This document shows, piece by piece, positions 49,749-56,388 of a stretch of DNA of 56,388 nucleotides. Within the stretch, counting starts at the first letter, position 1; the number at the start of each line of letters is the position of its first letter. The notes under the pieces were generated by a model, which saw only the letters and a list, made by a program, of their open reading frames with translations, made no database searches and was not told the DNA's origin. The stretch spans positions 1 through 56,388 of the forward strand of contig JALDZX010000089.1 in assembly GCA_022813865.1 (NCBI GenBank). Reading direction: 5' to 3'. The DNA comes from Xylographa opegraphella (Eukaryota). The position numbers and the translations under genes are program-made.

Positions 49749-51050
49749 CTTTGCAATGCTTTTGGACGAATGTAGAACGTTTTCAACAGTGTCAATAGCG
49801 CGGGTACGAAGGAAGTACACAGAGATGCAGTTAGCACAAAATTCAAGGCCAATATGCTTGAATGAGAGATGGGTTGAGATGCTTAGGAAGGGAAACGACA
49901 AGGGCGCAAAGCAGGCATATTATAGTACCAGGCTGTTGGCTGGAAGTAAGCCTCAGGAGTGGAAGATCCGTTGCGAGGCGTTGGTTCACTCCAGAGGCGG
50001 CGAAGCGGCAGTGTGCCGAATACACAAAGTAACAAGGCTGCGTGGAAGTTTGAGGCAGTGCTGACACAATCTTATATCCGGAAACACAGGCCCATCTCCA
50101 AGGCATGACTTTGCGTGCGACAACAAGCCTCAGGATCATGACATCAACCATGTGGGTATTTTAACTCGTTGGAAAACGCTCATTATTCATCGCTTTCGAG
50201 AGGTAGTCTGTTGATGTGAAACCAGCTTCACATCGTTGTGTTGAGTGTTGCCTTCTTCCCTCGAGAAGTTGTATGTTGGCGTTCGGCATCGGCGAATCGT
50301 TGATCCAGATACGCAGTACTGCCGCTAGTGGTCCTCGGTCGTTAGCCCCTCCGCTAAGCCTCCTGAAACCTCTTAAGATAGATATTCACCTTCAGGTAAG
50401 AATCTGCCACGCCTCCCCAGGCCTTTTGGGGTAGGTAAATCCAGTCAAGTAGTGGCCGCAGTCAAGCACAATCTCATACCGCATGCTGCATTGAGGCAGC
50501 CTTTGGTCCTTATCAGTGCCATTGTAGCCAGATAGCCGCGACGTATGCCGCTAAAACCCAAGCTTGATTGAAAATCAACCGCAAGTCCCAGCGTGTCTGA
50601 ATAGAAATGCACTACAAAGTACCACCGATACATCAAACACTATTGACATTTCCTAACGTCCCTTGCAACCATGCCGATAGAGGTCTTCCCCTGCCGGCCA
50701 CTAGAGCATCATTACCGGGTCGTGGTCCAAGGTCCACCGGCTCGTCAACCCCGTTCTTCCTTGGCGGATTCGACCGGCTTACGAGGTGGCTGAGACAGCT
50801 GAGGTCTCACGTAGATTAGGATGGTGGAGTTTGGATTCATATCTTCAATAAGCAGTAATCGGCCTGCAAGTTACACAATGTAGGAGTAAATATCATGACA
50901 GGCATAGCTAAGGACCGTAGAGACTGTTGTATCGAGCTCTTCGCTGTCAACATTCGGGACTAGATGGGACTTAGTACTTTGTTTTTTGAATCATTTATAT
51001 ACAACAATAAGAACTGCATTTCGAGATAAGCTTGAGAAAGCATTCTAATT

Positions 51051-51135
51051 AGTGGCATAGTCTAGTGGTTATGATTTCTCCTTTACACCCGTAAAACCTC
51101 GGAGAAGGTCCTGGGTTCGACCCCCAGTGCTACTA
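51051..51135 (+). tRNA. tRNA-Val (anticodon TAC) with 12-nt intron
   Basis: Acceptor stem AGTGGCA/TGCTACT; D-arm with AGTGG (A box); anticodon stem TCTCC/GGAGA with TAC at 51084-51086; intron 51088-51099 after position 37; T-arm CTGGG-TTCGACC-CCCAG (B box). A TTTTT Pol III terminator follows directly. Confidence 0.93.
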
Positions 51136-51559
51136 TTTTTGCCTTCATCCCGTCTCACATTCCTCACTATTCCAGGCATGGAGGGCTCGTGATTATTATT
51201 TTTTGATGTTCTCGAAATTACGTGGTGGAAAACCTTTTTGTGGGCGGATGGAGGCCGCCGCCAGCCATTATGATTTCAGCATGTGCTAAGTTACGGCTGC
51301 GCTCATTAGGGTGGAATTGAGAGAGAGCCGAAGAGGGATTGTATATGACGGTTTCAAGGTAGCTATGAGTTGCGCGGGAAACTATATTCATCGTTCTCGT
51401 TCGACCTTCCTGAATCTTCACGTATGTAGATGAGGCTACGACTGCGGATGTTGAGCCAATTGGGGGCATACTGAGTTCACATACTCATCTACTAAATGGA
51501 TTGGATAGATGATAGAGTACTCGATCACATGATATTTCTATCAAAAAGCTACCTTGGTC

Positions 51560-54500
51560 TCACACATTGGCAATGTTCCACGTCTCCACCCCGATCCCCG
51601 CAACCATGATCTTCTTGCCTCCACGAACCCCCGGTGATATCTCCATACAGGACGCATCTGCAATAGAGCTATGTAGGTTTGCTCCCTTTCGTACTGACAG
51701 CCATTCTGCCCTAGGCTTCCTCGAATCGATCGTCAGGATCCAAGACTTGAGCCTCTGGTCATTGCTGACCGTGGCAAAAGTCCACGAGATTTTTTCATCC
51801 GACTGATCAGAATCCAATTCAGGGCCGAGACATTGAATACCGGTGATGGTCGAAGCATGAGCTCGAGTGAGCAGCAAGGTAGAACATACCGGCAGGTCTG
51901 GTAACTCGACGTTCATGCTGATGTGTGTGAATGCTAAAGCATTATCGTCGCCACCAGTCGCGACGATTACTTCGCTGTCAGAAAGCCGGTGGATGGTCAG
52001 GCATTTGATGCTGCTTTGGTGGATGTGGTGCTGGCAATTCCACTTGAGATCACTATCGAAGTCCTCTGCATCTTGGCCAAGACTGCGTTTGGGTAAGCTG
52101 TTACGGCTTTCCCATCGTGCTCGTAGGTCCGCGATCGGCCAGAAAGTAATGTAGCCGTCCGTAGCAGCGGTCAGCAGGTACGACTTCTCGCCGAGCCTTA
52201 AGAAATGCACTTGTGTAAGGCAGCAGCTTTTGTAAGTACCCAAAGAAAGAAGGCCGAAGGCTTGCCCTGACGTGGTTGCGTCGAAAGACCATATCTAACA
52301 GGAGTAAGCTGCAAGTCTTTGCATAACATGTCTGGTTACTTACCCTTATGGTTGAATTCGAGTATGCCATGACAACAGTGAATCTGTCGTGTTCCTTATC
52401 GGTGTCCGCAGTGATGGATTCAACATCGAAGCCCATGATGCGCAGGTCTGAGGAATCTGTCACTTTAGGACACTGTGAAATGCACAAGGATCCAACTCCA
52501 ATGCAAGGGACTCTTTGTATCCGCCAGACATAGAACTCTTCCAGTCCGGCAGCGCTAAACAGGAATCGCCCATCTGACGACCATTGAAGCTGTTGTATCC
52601 CGGTGTTATGCTTGGAGATCACTCCGAGACATCTCATGGAGTGAGCTGAGCTCGCGTTGACTCCGGTAGTGAAAGAAATTCTGATGTTTGTGTCTTCAGC
52701 TCCAGTGGCCACAAGGTATCCATGGCCATCATCGAACTCGATCGTCACTGGGCAGATTGCCATGGCTTTGATTTCTCTGCCATGTCCACCAGCCTGCAAT
52801 ACCCGATGTGAGGCTTGAGCTTGTGCCTGAATATTGCAAGTTGATGCCTTCGTCCAGATGAACAGCCCTCCATTCTGTCCATCGTTGCTTGGTGAATAGG
52901 CCCAGCTCCTATGCGCACCGCCGCAGGCAACTTTCATAACCTCAAATCTCTTTGTCTCGTTCCACACCACAAAATCAGTACTGCGAAACCCCCATAGAAG
53001 GAGGTCTCGATTCACCCGATCAAAGCATGCGCCTTCAATATTTGGTCCAAATGAAGGTAATGCAGTATGTAAGCACTCGAGGCTAACTGTTGTCTCGCTG
53101 TCTTCTCTACAAACATGAAATCTATGCAAAGCAAACTTTCCATCCCGCCCGGCAGTCAATAGGAAATTCCCTGCCGTTTCAAAATTATTCTTTGGCACAG
53201 TTTGTATTGTCGTGATAGCATCATCTATGTGAACCTGCCGAATGAAGCAGCACGCTGAAATGGGGCCATCTAAATGAAACGAATGTCGATCGTAGAAGCA
53301 TACCGCTCCATTACGAGAGCCTAAGACGAGTAGATGCTCAAGAGGACTGAAGCATGCGCTGGTCACAATGAACTCTGGTGGTAATGTGAGCTTCACGAAT
53401 GGGGAAACATCCTTCAGTGTCGCGTCAACGGTAACGAAGGAAAAATAATACGCATTAATATCGTTAACGCAACATGCAATGGCCGCAGAGTTTTGATGCG
53501 ACTCCTCAGACTTTTGAAGCTCTCCAGCAAAGAGCCCGGCTATTTTTCCAGACAGCTTCGGAAGAGTTATAATTTCTCGAGAAGATCTCTTATAGTAATA
53601 GAGACTACCATTTGCTGCTCCCAGTATGACTGCATGGCTTGAAGAGCTTACACCTATGGAGTAGGAGTACAGTTCGGGGATCTGATCGACCAAACTCCAG
53701 CTAAAAGCCCAGGACTGTGTCGCTGCAGTCGTATCTGACAACAAATTCCCCGTGTGATTATTTCCGTCAAGAGTACCGAGGTAGATACAGCCGTGTGCTG
53801 TAGTTGCGATTACTTCAGAACGACCAATCCAATGATAGCTCTTGAAAATATCTGTGCTTACAGCACCTGCCTTACCGTAGGACGGTCCTGTTTTTTCTAC
53901 AGCATCCGTGCCCTTCGCCAATGAACTTCGCACTTCGGCGATTCTTGTGTAATTTGTGCTGGCTGTGTAGTCCTTTCCCGGCCCTTTGACGGTATACTTT
54001 AAATTCCATTGAGTCAAGTACATATCCCGATATTGAAACTTATACTCAGCATCATAATTGTCATTGACACAAAGATGGTGACCCTTTGCACTACTAATAT
54101 CATCGGTCGGTAGAAATTCGTTTTCGGGTATCTGATTGGAGCTATCACAGAAACTAACTTTGTGGAAGAGGTAATCGACACTTGCAATAGTATCGGTCTT
54201 GACAAACCATGCAGTTATAGATCCTGTGGCTCTTTGATATCGATAAACATATCGCCTGCTTCCTTGCATTGTCAGGCCCTGCCGTGTGGTCATCTCGCCT
54301 TCTTCCTCGTACAAGTACTCTGCATCGTAGTCTTTATCGGTAGGTTCCCGCTGAGTCAATGTAGCGATTCCACTGAAAGAACCAGATGGATAAGCAGGGA
54401 TGGCACTCTCTAAAACTCGGTGAAGGGACCAACGACCCCGGATTTCCCAGAATGCTCGCTCAGCCGGTGATACTGATCGACTAGGATTGTTTATCGACAC

Positions 54501-55815
54501 TTCAAATAGAGTGGATTGTCTTTCTATAGCGGAATTCCGGAGAATGGGAACATCTGCGGTCCATCTATGTACGTCGGCGTTTGGTATACTATAAGATACA
54601 ACGCGGCCATCTGCTCCCACCGTTAAAATTGGAAACACATTTTCGTTCTGGAGGTCGACAGCTACTGCCCATATATCTTTTCCGACGTGATATGCGTAGG
54701 TTTCATCGTGCTGGATTTTATAGGGGTGTTGTTTGTCTGAGCTGATGGATGTTGCACTTGGCAGATTCTTCACAAGTTGCCACGTCTGACATGTAGAGTC
54801 TTCGCCAAATGATAACCATCTTGGGGCTGTCGCAGGTTTAGAGAGAAACTTCAGACCCCAAATTCGCGATGAATGACCTATGATTGATGCAATGCATTTT
54901 TCAGAATTGATATCTGGCTCCATGATTTGTGAACTGAAGCCCGTTTGAATATGCGCTTTTGCACTGGCACTGGAGAGTGGAGAAGAATCCCATATCCTTA
55001 TTGTTCTATCGTCGCTACAGCTTGCTACCAGGCAGGTACTTGGACTGTAGTCGACCACACTGGAGGTCTCGGCAATGGTCACACCGAATACAGAACCTTC
55101 ATGACCACGGAAAGTGTGAAGCACGCTTGCAGAAGCTGAAACACCAGAGTCATTATGGGTAGAGTCTAGGGCAGAAGCCCAGATAAGGACTTCCCCGAAA
55201 ACTGTTCCAGCAGCAATGAATGCCTGACCACTTGCATCAACAACGACATGGGCCGAATACAAGACTGAAGTTGGTCCAGCTGCAATCATTTTACAGGATA
55301 ATCTGCCTGGAACATGAAACTGCGGAGAGGAATCCGATACCAAAAAGTAAAGAACGTTATGCGTGGTCAAGAAGATGGCTTGAGTAATAGAGGATTGGTG
55401 ATTATTTCCTTTCTTTAGGAAGCATGTGTTAGCGATCCAATCATTGGCGAGAAGCTCTTCGCTCAAAGAGACAGTACAGAAATCAGATGCGTTCAATCTC
55501 AGATGCAGGATAGCTGCAGCTCTCCCACCCCAGACCAGGCAGACAACCTCCTCTTGGTCGGCTTCCCAGCGGCACTGGATCCCATGAACAGATTGTGAGT
55601 GAAATACCCGCACTGAGTGGAGGACTCGACAATTGTCATTGTCGAATATTTTCAATTGGCATCCTTCACCAACTAAGAGCAAGACCTTCGACCCTAGATA
55701 TGCAAAAGCAGCAGCTGTTACGGGAGCCTGGACATGGTTGAGCTGGATCGACACGGACCGTCAGCTCTATGAACGATCAGGAACGCCGTTTGCGTACCTG
55801 CAGAGTGCTAGGCAT
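51560..55815 (-). CDS. TRM734: WD40-repeat protein WDR6/TRM734 (RTT10), tRNA 2'-O-methyltransferase cofactor, with internal DUF6314-like insert
   Basis: A micro-exon MPSTLQ (55815-55798) and intron 55797-55743 precede the WDR6 motifs AAGTVFGEVLIW, GHEGSVFGV, SCSDDRTIRIW, GHSSRIW, SFGEDST, CGGAHRSW, GGHGREIK, TGAEDT, HQSSIK, TGGDDNAL and SNDQRLKSW. The last intron is near 52.3 kb. Confidence 0.92.
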
Positions 55816-56286
55816 TAGGTATTGTAAAGAGTAAATTGTCAAAAATTGCAGCGTGGAGAAAGTCAGGAAGAATGCATTTATATCCAGGGCCAAAGGTTCC
55901 ACTTAACCGGTAGCGATGCACAGGCTGCCAGATCGCCCTATCACGAGCCGGGAAGTGGCATATAGTGGGAACTCTTAGGGGCTCTCGAGGGAGTTCCTGT
56001 CTCAATGCAGGGCAATACAGTGTGTAAGGAACGTGATATATTGTAAATACTATATAAGGGTTTACGGCTATATAGAATACCTATTCGAGCGGGCGGAAGC
56101 CCCTTTTTAATACCCGAACCTCCGTAATGTTCCGTATCATATTGGGCAGATCGCTTACTAATATAATTAGGCGAGCCGTTAGCGGCTTCGCCTACGATAC
56201 ACATTTTTAGGTTCTATAACATAAAATTTATATATTAAAAAGCTAAAAATAGTTTTATATATTAAAATAAATATAAATAATGTAAA

Positions 56287-56388
56287 TGTTGGAAATAGCG
56301 TTGCCTGGCAGAATGCCCTCTATGTTGCCTGCAGGCGATATAGACGCTAACCTGCTTCTAGACTAGCGTAGCCGTATATAAGGGAGCT
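56287..56388 (+). mobile_element. Probable start of an LTR (Ty1/copia-like), truncated by window end
   Basis: The sequence switches abruptly from an AT-rich tract to TGTTGGAAATAG..., resembling the TGTTGGAA terminus of Ty1/copia LTRs. The other LTR end and a target-site duplication are not visible. Confidence 0.4.

Overview
This is a eukaryotic, intron-containing, gene-dense window from a filamentous ascomycete (Pezizomycotina). The introns are short and of the GT..CTRAY..AG type; a lichen-forming lineage is plausible but cannot be shown from this sequence. The core is a housekeeping block: a HAK/KUP K+ transporter, mitochondrial bL36 (RTC6), the TLDc protein RTC5, a SAM methyltransferase, URA5, SAC1, NMT1, mitochondrial EF-G (MEF1), a 67-aa three-exon small protein missed by the ORF track, FAB1/PIKfyve, a TPP1/Est3 OB-fold protein, MAK31/NAA38, a SUR7/PalI protein, an intron-containing tRNA-Val(TAC) and WDR6/TRM734. 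Accessory material lies near both ends: an OTT_1508-like deaminase next to a BTB-like gene, an F-box pseudogene, a PD-(D/E)xK-like gene and a probable LTR edge. The most unusual element is a locus at about 4.1-6.1 kb made of three consecutive tandem-repeat arrays with no protein-length ATG-initiated ORF. The third array has six duplicated exon-intron units with intact splice signals. Two exons checked have stops in all frames, and the exon ends are complementary, so each intron sits at the apex of an inverted repeat. It is a candidate spliced, hairpin-array non-coding RNA. WDR6 also carries an apparent internal DUF6314-like domain insertion. All gene identities come from manual motif recognition; no database searches were run.
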